Source of the DNA: Octopus vulgaris | Lineage: Eukaryota | Direction: 5' to 3' | Length of the DNA stretch: 64,000 nucleotides | NCBI GenBank assembly: GCA_951406725.2 | Contig: OX597829.1 | Coordinates: forward strand, 45,260,001 to 45,324,000 | Made by a program: the position numbers and the translations under genes | In this document: piece by piece, positions 28,350 to 41,773 of the stretch | Position numbering within the stretch: position 1 is the first letter of the stretch | Layout: every line of letters starts with the position of its first letter | Notes under the pieces: model-generated | What the model was told of the DNA's origin: nothing | Databases searched by the model: none | The model's input: the letters and a program-made list of their open reading frames with translations, nothing else

Positions 28350-28472
28350 CTCCAGCATTGAAGAGGCTATGTGCTTTTGACTAATATCTCTGATTGAGTA
28401 ATTTGTATTGCCTAGCACAACAGCAGCTGTGAAACCAATGGTAACTTTCTGTGCCATAGCCAGGAATATACT
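28350..28472 (-). CDS. candidate internal exon of the minus-strand gene
   Basis: Acceptor acttttctatatatttgaag|, open frame SIFLAMAQKVTIGFTAAVVLGNTNYSIRDISQKHIASSMLE, donor GAG|GTAAAT. Phase does not directly match the 33833 donor. Confidence 0.3.
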
Positions 28473-28497
28473 CTTCAAATATATAGAAAAGTACATA

Positions 28498-28861
28498 TCT
28501 TTATATATAAAAGTGAAGTTGTGTGTCTCTCTCCTACGATTTAGATTCCTAACTACTCCCACATTTTGCGGTGCAGTGTAACCAAAAGCAGGTATCTTAT
28601 AGTCGTGATTCATATCGAGCCCTTCTGGGTATTAGCGCGCATCTACGATGAGTCTACGATTTTAAAAAAAATTTACCATCATTTTTTCCCATTTTTAATG
28701 CATTTTGTTGCTATTATATAAGGGAAGTAACTCTCTAAAAATGTATTATTAAATCTCAGAACGTAAAAAGCTACAGTAACACCCCACTTTGTGGTTAGCC
28801 ATATTGAGATGGCTATTATACTTTACATCTCTAAAAATGCAACGCTGGGTGATACTGCTAG
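28498..28861 (+). mobile_element. non-autonomous Helitron
   Basis: A|TC start, ...gcaacgctgggtgatactgCTAG|T end; homologous to 53775-54171. Confidence 0.8.
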
Positions 28862-29719
28862 TATATATATATATATATATTGAATTCTAACACCAGGTTA
28901 TTTGTATCACTATGCCTGAGTAAAATCTTAATATGTATATATATGAGGGAGAGAGGGAAAGAGGAAGAGCAGGGCTAATGTGGTGTGTGACAGTCATTGT
29001 GAATAATGAAGGACATTAAGGGAAAGTAAGAGTATGTGAAAAGACAGAATTTTAAAGGTACAACAAGTAACTGTGAGGCAAACAAAGAAATTCCCAGCTG
29101 CAATGAATCTACTTGACTTCAAAGTGCAGAAAGACGATGAAGATTGATATGAAGAAGTCATTGGTCAGTGCGAATTGAAGGAAAGAGGTGCTACCAAAAA
29201 CAACCAAAACAAGAAATACAAGAAAACATACATGCAAAGCTTGAGGCAAAGAAGAACTGAAAGAAGACAAAATGACACACGAGAAGAAAATGTAGCAAGG
29301 CTTGAAAGGAGGCAGAAATACTGTTTTCTTTATGTCTACTAAGTTAGTGTGTATGTGTGTGTGTGTGTGCGTGTGTGTGCGTGTGCGTGTGTGCGTGTGT
29401 GTGCGTGTGCGTGTGTGTGTGTATCTATTATGTACATATATATACATATACATGTAAATATATATAAAGATATATGTGTCTATATATTTATATATATATA
29501 TATATATAGACACGTATATATTTATGTACATAATGTACATATATATGTTCACACGTGTAAAAATATATATACACACATATATGTATATACATATACACAC
29601 ACACACACACACACATATATAACTCACACTCAACTGCATACAGTGCTCATAAAACATAAATGTGTAATGATCACCTTCCATTCAATTGAGAAAAATGTAA
29701 ACATATGATAATAATAATC

Positions 29720-29756
<37 letters not shown>

Positions 29757-30046
29757 AAATAATTTGTAAAACTACTGTGAAGTACAGTACCTAAAACTTG
29801 CCTGAAATCAATGCTGAGGCAAACATCAAAGAATAACATCAGTTATGATACTGCAAAATAGTCATTAGAGCAAGGAATAGAATAGCTTGTAGTATTTATT
29901 TCAACACCTGCACTCTGAGTTCAAATCATTCTCAAATCAAGTTTGTTTTTCATTCTTTTAGTATAGATGAAATAAAGTACCAATTTTAGATATTGGTGTC
30001 TAGTTTTGGGAGATTATGCAGCATTCATATATGCACATATATATAT

Positions 30047-30349
30047 CATGTGATCACATAACCGACCAGGCTGTCAGATGTTGCTACACATCACTGGTCA
30101 CAATGCGCTTCACATTGTTTTAGCCTTCAAATGATGCCACCCTGCTGGCTAAGCGAGCAGGCCAACAGAAGAAAGAGTGAGAGAAAGTTGTGGCGAAAGA
30201 GTACAGCAGGGATCGCTACCACCCCCTGCCGGAGCCTCGTGGATGTTTAGGTGTTTTCGCTCAATAAACACTCACAATGCCCGGTCTGGGAATCGAAACC
30301 GTGATCCGACTGTAGGTTCGCTGTCCTAACCACTGGGCAATTGCACCTC

Positions 30350-30351
<2 letters not shown>
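30047..30351 (-). mobile_element. SINE family D (tRNA head) with alternative tail
   Basis: Head and body match 45960-46130 but the 3' tail differs. Confidence 0.8.
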
Positions 30352-30396
<45 letters not shown>

Positions 30397-30480
30397 GTAT
30401 ATGTGTGTGTGTGTATGTATGTATGTATAGACAGCCATGTGCAATGTGTTACTAAAAAGGAACAGTATAATTGTAACAAA

Positions 30481-30789
30481 ATATGACTAGGGTGTTGGAA
30501 CACCTACATTGCTAGAAATAAGAGCTAAAATGCTCTCATGCTGCAGTCAAAGCACATAATCGTATACATGTGTACTGACAGGGACTGTAATAGCCCAAAA
30601 GCACCAGTCGAGAATTCTCTATAATGATAGGTCAGTTTCAGCTGATATCATAGCCTCATCAGTCGGGGCCGCTTGACTCGGCTGATTCCGGGCAATTACA
30701 GTACATATACAATTACGTGCTTTAGCTACAACATTAGAGCACTTTAGCTCTTATTTCTAGCAATGTACGTGTCCTAACACCCAAGTGTT

Positions 30790-30790
<1 letters not shown>
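30481..30790. mobile_element. inverted-arm element enclosing a hammerhead-like core (probable Penelope-like pLTR remnant)
   Basis: Arm tacattgctagaaataagagctaaa...gctct mirrored by agagcactttagctcttatttctagcaatgta; minus-strand spacer reads CTGATGA-ggct-atgatatc-agct-GAAAC. Confidence 0.6.
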
Positions 30791-30835
<45 letters not shown>

Positions 30836-31164
30836 CATGTTTGTATGGTATTTATAGATATATTATAAAAACATGAAAAGCTTTCCTCCAAACCATGGAT
30901 ATGAAATTATCCAATTACTGATTAGTAATTGCATGACTTCATACCTGTGGCTTGCGAGGAAACTCAGAGTATTGTGTTCAAATCTTCCATGTTAGTATGA
31001 TATACTAAATATATTACGCTACTTCTTCCACAATATTGAAATCTACTTCTTTAACTGTTACACACATTCATTTTTATATGTATACACTCATACACACACG
31101 CGCACACATACACACACACACACGCACACACACATACATACATGTATATTCTTTTAGTTTTTTA

Positions 31165-31590
31165 TTTCTTTACTTGTTTCAGTCATTTGACTGCAGCCAT
31201 GCTGGAGCACCACCTTGAAGGGTTCTAGTTGAACAAATTGACCCCAGGACGGTTTTTTTTAAGCCTAGTACTTATTCTATCATTTTTTTTGCCAAACTGC
31301 TAAGTTATGGGGACCTAAACACACCAACATCAGTTGTCAAGTGGTGATGGGGGAGGACAAACACAGACAGAAAGACACACACAGAGCCATATACATACAT
31401 ACATATATACATGCATACATACACAAATACACAGGGCTTCTTTCAGTTTCCATCTACCAAATCCAATCGCAAGGCTTTGATTGGCCCAATGCTATAGTAG
31501 AAGACACTTACCCAAGGTGCCACACAGTGGGAACTGAACCCTGAAGTATGTGTTTGGGAAACAAGCTTCTTACCACTCAGCCACACCTGT
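31165..31590 (-). mobile_element. SINE family A
   Basis: Reverse complement of the family A consensus. Confidence 0.85.
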
Positions 31591-32160
31591 GTGTGTGTGT
31601 GTATGTGTATGTATGTGCTCATATAGACAGGCTGACAGACAGTCACAACAGATTGACATGTAGGTGAACAGCCATGTAGATAGGTAGATAGATAGATAGA
31701 TAGATAGATATAGTATATGTCTATACTTAAGTATACCATATACAAAATTTTATAAATGACTTGAGCCATCATTTTTATTGGTTGAATACATATGTGTACT
31801 ATTTTAATATGCGTGTGCCTGAGTTTTATCCTGTGGAATGGAAATCAGTAGAATTACTTTATCAATGCCAGAAACTTATTGATTATATTCAGAGATACAA
31901 GGAAACGCCCATGTACACACATACACACATATATGTGCATTGATAAGAAAGTAATGTATACATATGCACGCAAGTAAAGGGAAATTCACCCTGATGTAAA
32001 TAGAAAGGCGTGTGTGTGCATGCACGTGTGTGTGTATTTATATATGTGTAAATATATATATATATATATCGGAGTAAACAAAACTGTCCAACGAACAGGA
32101 ACATGAAACTCCGAGTAACAACTTTTGTTAAATTTCTGATGCTTTTAAATAAAGCATATA

Positions 32161-32210
<50 letters not shown>

Positions 32211-32535
32211 GTTTGTATGTATATATGTGTGTGTGTGTACATATATTGCAGTCAACAAAATCTCACATATACTGATATACAAAGAAACCCAACAGAAATT
32301 TCACTCTTAAGTCAAAGAAAAACAAAAAAAAACAGTTTGGTACAATGCCTTAAATTTGAGGATTCTGCTGTAAAGTTTCTTTGTGACAGTTCATATGAAA
32401 AGGAAAAAATTTAACAAATACAAATTAAATGTAACAGTATTGTTATATACAAACCTACACCTATATACACACACATATATATCTATATGTATGTATGTAT
32501 GTAGGTATATATGTATGTATGTATGTATCTATCTA

Positions 32536-32587
<52 letters not shown>

Positions 32588-33018
32588 TACGTACATATAT
32601 ATATATATATATACATATATATATACATATATATATATACATGCCTCATACGTCTAAACCAATGGGGAGTCCATCATCATGTATGTATGTGTACATGTGT
32701 GTGTCTGTATATATATATACACATATATGTATGCATTAATATACATAATATATATATATAATATATAAATATTATATATCCATGTGTGCACATACACATT
32801 ATATTTATTTGGTGAGTTTTACACTTATTTCTGTTTTGATTCTAAGAGAATCCGACCACTGAATATCTCTTAGTTAATAAAACCTTCACCAAATATGCAA
32901 TCAGGTTTTCTTACTAATAAAATAGAATTAATCTTGTCAAAGGCCCCTAATAAAAATGTAACACCCTCAAAATCAAGAAGAATTGGGGCAATTTATTTTA
33001 CATCTTTAAACCTTATTC

Positions 33019-33081
<63 letters not shown>

Positions 33082-33333
33082 CAGTGATTGTCTCCACTGT
33101 TATATACATAGATATATGTGTGTGCAGGTATGCATTTACATTTATGTATATATATATATATAAATTAGAAAAAAATCACCTTTTATAAATTCAAAATGAA
33201 AAATTAAATTACACTATCTAGAAAATTACATATAATAGAAATTATATATATATATTTAATATTTTGTGAAATTTGATTTAGTATTTCTAAATTGAATTTT
33301 TCCCTGTAAGTTTGGAATAATATTCCCTCATAT

Positions 33334-33404
<71 letters not shown>

Positions 33405-33832
33405 ATGTATATATATTATATACTCACACATATATTGTGTATGTGTATAGATATATATGTGTGTATGTGTATATTTATATATTTATACATATGCATATAT
33501 TCATATATATATATATATGTGCATATAGAATTATGTATGTATGTGTTGTATGCTTGTATCTGCACTATTGTGTATGAATGTGTGCTCCTGTGTGTGTATG
33601 AGTGTCTATGTGTGAGTCCATTCACAACTTTGATATCAATGCAGAGACGCATAATAGTAATTTCAAGATTATCTTTTATTTTATATTTTTTTTGTATTTC
33701 CTATGTTTTTTTTTCTCCATTATTGTTCCTGTAATTGTTTTCGGTTTTTTTTTTCCTTTTTTTTTTTTGGTTTTTTTTTTTTTTTTCTTGTCATATCAAA
33801 ATACTCCACTTGTAGAAATTTTTTTGTCTTAC

Positions 33833-33920
33833 ATGTCTTGATAGCAGCACCCACCATAACGCTGTGGTTCACTGTATCCCCGACCAAGAAAACAACCAAA
33901 CTGAATTTTGTCTTGTTTTC
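33833..33920 (-). CDS. uncharacterised putative membrane protein, second coding exon
   Basis: Acceptor aacatag|, [29 protein letters not shown], donor CAT|GTAAGA; phase 0 matches the 39112 donor; unique sequence amid microsatellite. Confidence 0.5.
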
Positions 33921-34088
33921 CTATGTTTTTGTTAGGCAGGGTAGTAAAGGAGGTTTGGTTGAATTTTTTTTTTTTAATTACAACTCCTTACCTTATAAAC
34001 ATTTACATAATATTTATATACACGAACACACGCACACTCAATTTTAAACACATACATATATCAACATTCATATATATATATATATATG

Positions 34089-34177
<89 letters not shown>

Positions 34178-34394
34178 CTAATGTTTATACACACACATAT
34201 ATACATTTATATAAACATACACATGCATATATAAAATATGGACAAATATAAAGAAAGATTGATAAATTTAGATATATACATACAAATATATATGTACATA
34301 TAAATAAATGAATATTTGTGTGTGTGTATATGTGTATTTCATTATATCATATATATGTATATGTAATATATACATGTGTGCATGTGTGTGTGTG

Positions 34395-34452
<58 letters not shown>

Positions 34453-34574
34453 TGTATATACACGCATTTTTACATACATATTCATATTTGTAATATATTT
34501 AGATATTGTTTGTACTGCTATGTACACGTATGTGTATATGAATATATGTACATATGTATATGTATATTCACATA

Positions 34575-34605
<31 letters not shown>

Positions 34606-35395
34606 GCACGCACATGTATGTATAGTTTTTGTTTATTCTGGTAATACAAAAAGTACGTAGAAACACTCAGAGCACCCTAGTATGTTAGTGCTGTTCATCC
34701 ATGTCCCCGAATCATTTAAGAAGGATTGTAGAATTCTACCAAGCATTTCATACAATCAACCTCATGGTTGGCAGTGCTTATCTATGAGTTTAGAACCGGT
34801 CATTAGTTAATGTTTGGAATACTGAGGCAGGCTCTTCTCAGTTTTATCCGATTCACTCGACCTACAACATGAAGCACTCTTCAGCTGAATACTGTGCCAT
34901 TTGAATCTTTCACACTTTATGCATAATTATCCACCCTATCTACCCTTCCCGATTCAGTTGTCACTGTACTTTCTTGGACATGTTGCTATGAAAGTATCCT
35001 CTGGTTCCTAGTAGTCATCTTGTCTCTCTTCCACAGACCTATCTACCTGCACATATGTAACGGTGGGTAGGTAACTTTGACTCCGCCCTTGTCATACATT
35101 CTCTCTCTCTCTCTCTCTCTCACTTTTTCACAAGTCTCCAAATACTATTTTCCCATTTTCCTCCTCTTACTCACCCCTTCTCTCTTATCTAAGATATTGG
35201 AGAAAGATGTGGTCCTTGAACCATTTGAATCTGATCAAACCATCCAACCATCCAACCCTTGCCAGCATGAAAAGTGAACATAAAATGACAGTGATGATGA
35301 GGAGGAGGAGGAGGAGGAAGAGGATCAACATCATTTCTCAATTCCCTCTTGAATTCAGTCAACCATGATGTTGATGGTTGGAAACCTTTAGATAT

Positions 35396-35780
35396 ACTCT
35401 TTTACCTGTTTAAGTCATTTGACTGTGGCCATGCTGGAGCTCTGCCTTTAGTCGAATAAATCAACCCCAGGACTTATTCTTTGTAAGCCTAGTACTTATT
35501 CTATCGGTCTCTTTTGCCGAACTGCTAAGTTATGGGGGATGTAAACACACCAACATTAGTTGTCAAGCAACGGTAGAAGGACAAGCACAGACACAAATAC
35601 ACACACACACACACACACACACATACGACGGGCTTCTTTCAGTTTCCATCTACTAAATACACTGAAAGGCTTTGATCGGCCTAAAGCTATAGTAGAAGAT
35701 AGCCAAGGTACCAGACAGTGGGTTTGAACCCAGAACGATGTGGTTGGGAAGCAAGCTTCTTACCACACAGCTACTCAACA
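35396..35780 (-). mobile_element. SINE family A
   Basis: Reverse complement of the family A consensus. Confidence 0.85.
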
Positions 35781-35900
35781 GGATTATAAATGTATACACA
35801 CATACACAAGCAAACACACATGTATAGACATATATTTACACAATGAAAGTGATGTATACATCTAAGTTTATATAGGTATATATGTAAAGCTACGTATGTT

Positions 35901-35941
<41 letters not shown>

Positions 35942-36034
35942 GTTTATGTTTATGTGTATGTAGGTATATATGCATGTATGCATATGTATATATGTGACTT
36001 TATATATATACAGACATGTATGTGTATATATACA

Positions 36035-36089
<55 letters not shown>

Positions 36090-36662
36090 ATATGTATGTA
36101 CATAATATATATGTATGCATATATATATATGTAATATATGTGTGCATATATACACACACACACACACATGCACACTACAAAACACATGCAATCTCATTCA
36201 CACGCATGTAAAAATTTGTAACACACACACACACACACAAATGAAATGCACACAATTATATGCATACGCATCTGTTTACAACACAACAAAAATCACTCTC
36301 ACTTCACTAAATACCAACACACACCATTGTATTTTGACAGAAAAATTAAATTGATATGATTTGTAAACCAGAGATCAACAAGCGCTAATATTCAGACATT
36401 TAACTACTACTTATATATATATAAACAGATTTTTGGAAATAAAATCTAGATGTTCAACATTAAATTTCAACTTGTATGCTTTTTTGGTTGGGCTGGAAAA
36501 TATTTTTTTCCTTTTGATTTTTTAATTTTTTATTTTATTTTATTTAAATATTTTCTTTTTTTTTTTTTTTGGAAGGTGCATTGGATAAATGTGAAAAATC
36601 GTTAGAATTAATAAATTAAAACTTTTCGAACTTTATTCCTTTCCTGTTGTTGCTTTTTAATT

Positions 36663-36769
36663 ATGTGTATGCGTATGTTTGTATATGTATGTATGTATGT
36701 GTGTGTGTATGTATGAATGTATGTATGTATGTATGCATGTATGTATGTATGTATGTATGTATGTATGTA

Positions 36770-36800
<31 letters not shown>

Positions 36801-36923
36801 ATGTATGTATGTATGTATGTATGTATGTATGTGTGTGTGTATGTGTGTATGTATGTATGTATGTGTGTGTGTATGTATGTATGTATGTGTGTATGTGTGT
36901 GTATGTATGTATGTATGTATGTA

Positions 36924-36954
<31 letters not shown>

Positions 36955-36990
36955 ATGTATGTGTGTTTTGTATGTATGTATGTATATGTA
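36663..36990. repeat. (TGTA)n/(TG)n microsatellite
   Basis: Direct inspection. Confidence 0.9.
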
Positions 36991-37008
36991 TAAATTTATT
37001 CATGTATA

Positions 37009-37218
37009 CTGTTGTGTCTGGGGAGAGTCAGTTTCTTTTTGTGCCTTATAATTTAACACACTCACCGGTAAAATTTCCACTTATTTCTTATTTACCTAAA
37101 ATTTTCGTTGCATCTTGCACCTTTTTTAGGAAAATAATAATAAAAATAAGAGGAAATTTTACCATGTATGTTAAATTATAAATCACAAAAAGAAAATGAC
37201 TCTCCCCAGACACAACAG
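37009..37218. repeat. inverted-arm element, ~85-bp arms
   Basis: ctgttgtgtctggggagagtca mirrored by tgactctccccagacacaacag; a single arm of the same family lies at ~47630-47780. Confidence 0.8.
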
Positions 37219-38280
37219 AATATGCTTCAACACACGAACTCACATAAAGAATCTTGCAAACCAAATCCAAAAATGAAATATGCATATATATATATATGTC
37301 AGTCTGTATGCATGTATGTATGTATTTCTTTTCTGTGCATGTGTGTGGATGTGCATGTATGTATGTATGTTTTGTATATGTACAAGCTTATGCATATATA
37401 TATGTCTGTATGTATGTATGTGCATACCTACATATGTATGTATGCATGTATGTATGTATATGTATGCATGCAAATATGTACATACATTATGCGTGTGTGT
37501 ATATATACATATATATATATAAATATACATGTGAGCCAGTCAGGGGTCACTGGCATTGTCCATGTATCGATAGTGCTTTTTACTGGCATGGGGGCCAGTC
37601 AGGAGGCACTGGCCACAGCTACGATTTTGGTTTTATTTGACTCAATGGATATCACGTCACCTGACACATCAAGGGTACTTTTAAATGGGCCAGACATGCA
37701 ACACTGGCATCGGCCATACGTACATATGTATGTATGTGTGTATGTATGTATGTGCATACATATGTATGTATGTATGTAGGTATGTATGTATGTATGTATG
37801 TATGTATTTGTGTATGTATGTATTTGTGTATGTATCTATGTATGGCTTTGGAGGGGGCTGTCATCAGAACCTCAGTAAGAACATAAAGTGTTCAAGGTGT
37901 GAAACTTGAAGCCGTGCATTCCTTTCCAAAGTTACATATGTCAACCATCTGAAGTTCCCATGATGGATCAACTGTATTCAATGTCCTTCCTTGAAAACTG
38001 AGTGGTTTGACACATGAAGGCCTTGCAAGTTGGTTCTGGGACTGATGAGACAAACGGCGGTTCACAAGGATCATCATATCTTACAAAAAGTGTGCTGGTC
38101 GATCCAGTCAAAGGTACAACTTTCGACTGTCTCCTAAGTTTTAAACCATGCAGATCTTCTGCAGAAATGAACAGTCATCTGAGAGGTCATAGATGGAATG
38201 TCAGAAATGCAATTGGCAATGAGGAAGCACAAGGTATTCAGCGAAGATGGAGTAATCACCATGCATATATATATATGTGC

Positions 38281-38690
38281 TCTTTTACTTGTTTCAGTCA
38301 TTTGACTGTGGCCATGCTGGAGCACCGCCTTTAGTCAAGCAAATATACCCCAGGACTTATTCTTTGTAAGCTAGTACTTATTCTATCGGTCTCTTTTGCC
38401 GAACCACTAAGTTACAGGGACGTAAACACACCAGCATTGGTTGTCAAGCGATGCTGGGTAAACAAACACAGACACACAAATATATACACACACACATATA
38501 TATATATATATACATACATATACATACGACTGGTTTCTTTCAGTTTCCGTCTACCAAATCCACTCACAAGGCTTTGGTTGGCCCGAGGCTATAGTAGAAG
38601 ACACTTGCTCAAGGTTCCATGCTTTGGGACTGAACCCAGAACCATGTGGCTGGTAAACAAGCTACTTACCACACAGCCACACCTGCGCCT
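38281..38690 (-). mobile_element. SINE family A, full length
   Basis: Reverse complement of the family A consensus. Confidence 0.85.
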
Positions 38691-39111
38691 ATGTAGTTAA
38701 TAATTATTTAAATTCTTCCTTTGGATAAGGAGCTGGTTTCTTACAAAGATCCAAAGCTCCATTGCTAGAATGTAGATAACAAAAACAATGTTAAAATGAG
38801 ATAAGCCTTGCATAGTTTTGTTCTTGCACTTACAGATTGTATATATGTGTAGTGGTTATGTGTATGTATCAGGTGAAAAAAAGGAATGTGTATGCTTTTG
38901 AAGTAAACAAATGAGTGAATTGATTCATAGTTAGAAATAATTTATTCACTGGACTTAATTTGTCATTGGTACGCATAATTCTTCACTACATGCAAAATGT
39001 TGACAACTGCTACGAGTTGCTAGAAATAGAGACAGGGTACATCTGTGAAAGTGATGTGTCAGAAATCAATGTTTGTGTGTGTGTATAGTTTATCTGAGAT
39101 CAGTAGTCTAC

Positions 39112-39267
39112 CATTGAACTTTGAACATTTCTCTCGGGTCTCTGCGGTCTTTGAAAACCTGACGTGTCGTAGACATTGCTCATTTGCCTGCTGGGCCTTT
39201 TTCTCCTCTTCGTCTGTCTGTCGGCCACCGTATTTATAATAATCGTGGCAGCTAGAAGGACAGACAT
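39112..39267 (-). CDS. uncharacterised putative membrane protein, first coding exon
   Basis: ATG at 39267: MSVLLAATIIINTVADRQTKRRKRPSRQMSNVYDTSGFQRPQRPERNVQSSM, donor ATG|GTAGAC (weak); GC-balanced unique island with an upstream acceptor near 39453. Confidence 0.55.
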
Positions 39268-39638
39268 ACTGCAGCAGAGTTTGTACCTACATAGGTCAGC
39301 TCCTGTCCATTTGAACTTCGGCTGACATGGCTGAGGTCGTAGGTCAAAGGGAGATGATCAATCACTTTTTGACAGGACAAAGTAAACCTTTCTTCGCGCC
39401 TGTTGATCATGGTGGTTTGGACAACTGAGAATTCTTAGATTCGGTTTCGAATCTAGGCTTGGAGAAGGAAATGTTAATTTTTACATGTTTACATGTAGGT
39501 ACATGTATGTGTGTATGTATGTACATTTGTCTGTCTGTATATATGTATGCATGTATAAAGGTATGTATGCAAGTGTGTATGTATGTAAGTATGCATGCAT
39601 TTTTTATGTATGTAATATAATAATAATAATAATAAAAC

Positions 39639-40175
39639 ATTGTGTACAGTGCTCAGGTGCACTACAACTCATCTAAAGTGTATGTATAATCAGGTGTAGT
39701 TTCGGAGGATTTCGGAAGGCATGAGGGCCTTAAAGGATGCAGTTTCATGGCAGTCAACAACTGACGCAGGCAGTTTGTTCCATGCTTCAGCAACTCTGAG
39801 CGTGAAAAAATGTTTCCGAAAGTCATGGGAGCTGTGTTGTTTTCTGACTTTGTAGGCATGTCCATGTGTGTTAGACACATGTAGATCAAAAAGGTATTCA
39901 GTGTTGTTGTTGGTGAGGTGGTTGATAACCTTTGTGGGTGTTTACCAAGTCCATCGCCAGACGCCAGAGCTTCAGTGAATCCATGCCCAGGGAAACAAGG
40001 CGCTCAGAATATGGTAGGTGTCTGATGGAGGGTATGCGTTTGGTTGCACGTCTCTGGACAGATTCCAGGAGGTCAATGTTCTGAGCAAGATAGGGGTTCC
40101 AAACTGATGATGCGAATTCCAAGTGTGGTCGTACCATAGCTGTATACAGTTTTAAATAGATGGCTGGAGAGCGGC
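39639..40175 (-). mobile_element. CR1/L2-group LINE, 5'-truncated copy 1
   Basis: LYTAMVRPHLEFASSVWNPY...LESVQRRATK...RKHFFTLRVAEAWNKLP; (att)n tail; nearly identical to 40864-41400. Confidence 0.9.
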
Positions 40176-40863
40176 GCAAACATGTATGCATGTGGATGCC
40201 ATGTAGCAAGATAGTAGTTTGCTTTGCAAATGTGATTACCCACATGCAGTCCCATTCCATGACACATTTGACAAACATCTTTTGCTACAACCACAACAAC
40301 AACCCTAATCCCAACTCAAGTTTTAGTGAATGATATCAGGTTCATGGAAACTGTGCTGAAGACTATCAGATAGATTATGCTGATAATTCAAAATCCCAGT
40401 CCTGTCACACTGTGTCATACTGACTCTGTCTCTAGGGCCAAATCAGACACCTCACCACCACCACCACCACCATTTTTATTTCTCTTTCCACCTCCACCCC
40501 AATTATTCTAATCCACTCTTGTATAATGTATATAGCTTTGTATTTCCTCTACAAAAGAAGAAAAAAAAAAGAACCAGCTCCTTCTTTCATGCTTTACCCT
40601 CTCACCACTTAGTATAAAGCTGTCTGCCCATCAACTGTGTCCTCACTCAATCAAAAGGGATCTTCATCCCATGAGATACAGAGTCACACCTCACTAGCAC
40701 CAGTACCATGTAAAAAGCATCCAATGCATTCTGGAAAGTGGCTGGCATAAGGAAGGACCAAAGCAGATATTGGAGCTTGAGGTAGTCCTCTAACCCCTTA
40801 AATTTGTCTAAATCTTCCAAATTATTCTGGCTTGGAATATGAACATTAATAATAATAATAATA

Positions 40864-41773
40864 ATTGTGTACAGTGCTCAGGTGCACTACAACTCATCTA
40901 AAGTGTATATATAATCAGGTGTAGTTTCGGTGGATTTCGGAAAGCATGAGGGCCTTAAAGGATGCAGTGTCATGGCAGTCAACAACTGACGCAGGCAGTT
41001 TATTCCATGCTTCAGCAACTCTGAGCGTGAAAAAATGTTTCCGAAAGTCATGGGAGCTGTGTTGTTTTCTGACTTTGTAGGCATGTCCACGTGTGTTAGA
41101 CACATGGAGATCAAAAAGGTGTTCAGTGTTGTTGTTGGTGAGGTGGTTGATAACTTTGTGGGTGTTTACCAAGTCCGTCGCCAGACGCCGGAGCTTCAGT
41201 GAATCCATGCCCAGGGAAACAAGGTGCTCAGAATAAAGTAGGTGTCTGATGGAGGGTATGCGTTTGGTTGCACGTCTCTGGACAGATTCCAGGAGGTCAA
41301 TGTTCTGAGCAAGATAGGGGTTCCAAACTGATGATGCAAATTCCAAGTGTGGTCGTACCATAGCTGTATACAGTTTTAAATAGATGGCTGGAGAGCGGCT
41401 AACAAAAGTCTTGCTGAGTGATGCCAAGACACCCTCGGCCTTCTTGACAATTTTAGAGATATGCTTTGTCCAACGCAAATCACTGCTGACAGTGATGCCT
41501 AGGTCACGCTCGCAAGAGGATTTCTTGATATCAGTGTTGTGGAGGGAGTATGTGGACGCAGGGTTTTTTCTCCCAAAATGCATGGTGGTACACTTGTCCA
41601 CAGCCAGTTTCAGTTGCCAGTCTGTGATCCATTGCTGCATTGTGTCCAGGTCTGATTGCAGGAAAGAGCTGTAGACAACAGGATCTGTCCTCTTGATTTC
41701 AAGGTACAGCTTGATGTCGTCTGCATATTTTAATACTGTGGCATTCTTTAAATTTGCATCTATGTCATTAATA
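40864..41773 (-). mobile_element. CR1/L2-group LINE, 5'-truncated copy 2 with open RT C-terminal frame
   Basis: INDID...KYADDIKL...WQLKLAVDKC...ERDLGI...VRPHLEF...TRGH...WNKLP, uninterrupted; (att)n tail. Confidence 0.93.

Noticed and set aside
29109-29345. Hydrophobic minus-strand ORF tail as a TM exon
   Set aside because: The T-rich strand of a GA-rich decayed repeat explains the hydrophobicity; no convincing splice pair.
33921-33945. U12-type intron suggested by cctaac near the acceptor
   Set aside because: The partner donor is GTAGAC, not the GTATCC/ATATCC consensus.
37860-38255. 106-aa ORF as a host gene
   Set aside because: Resembles a decayed RTE C-terminus (...SHLRGH) and reads into a SINE.
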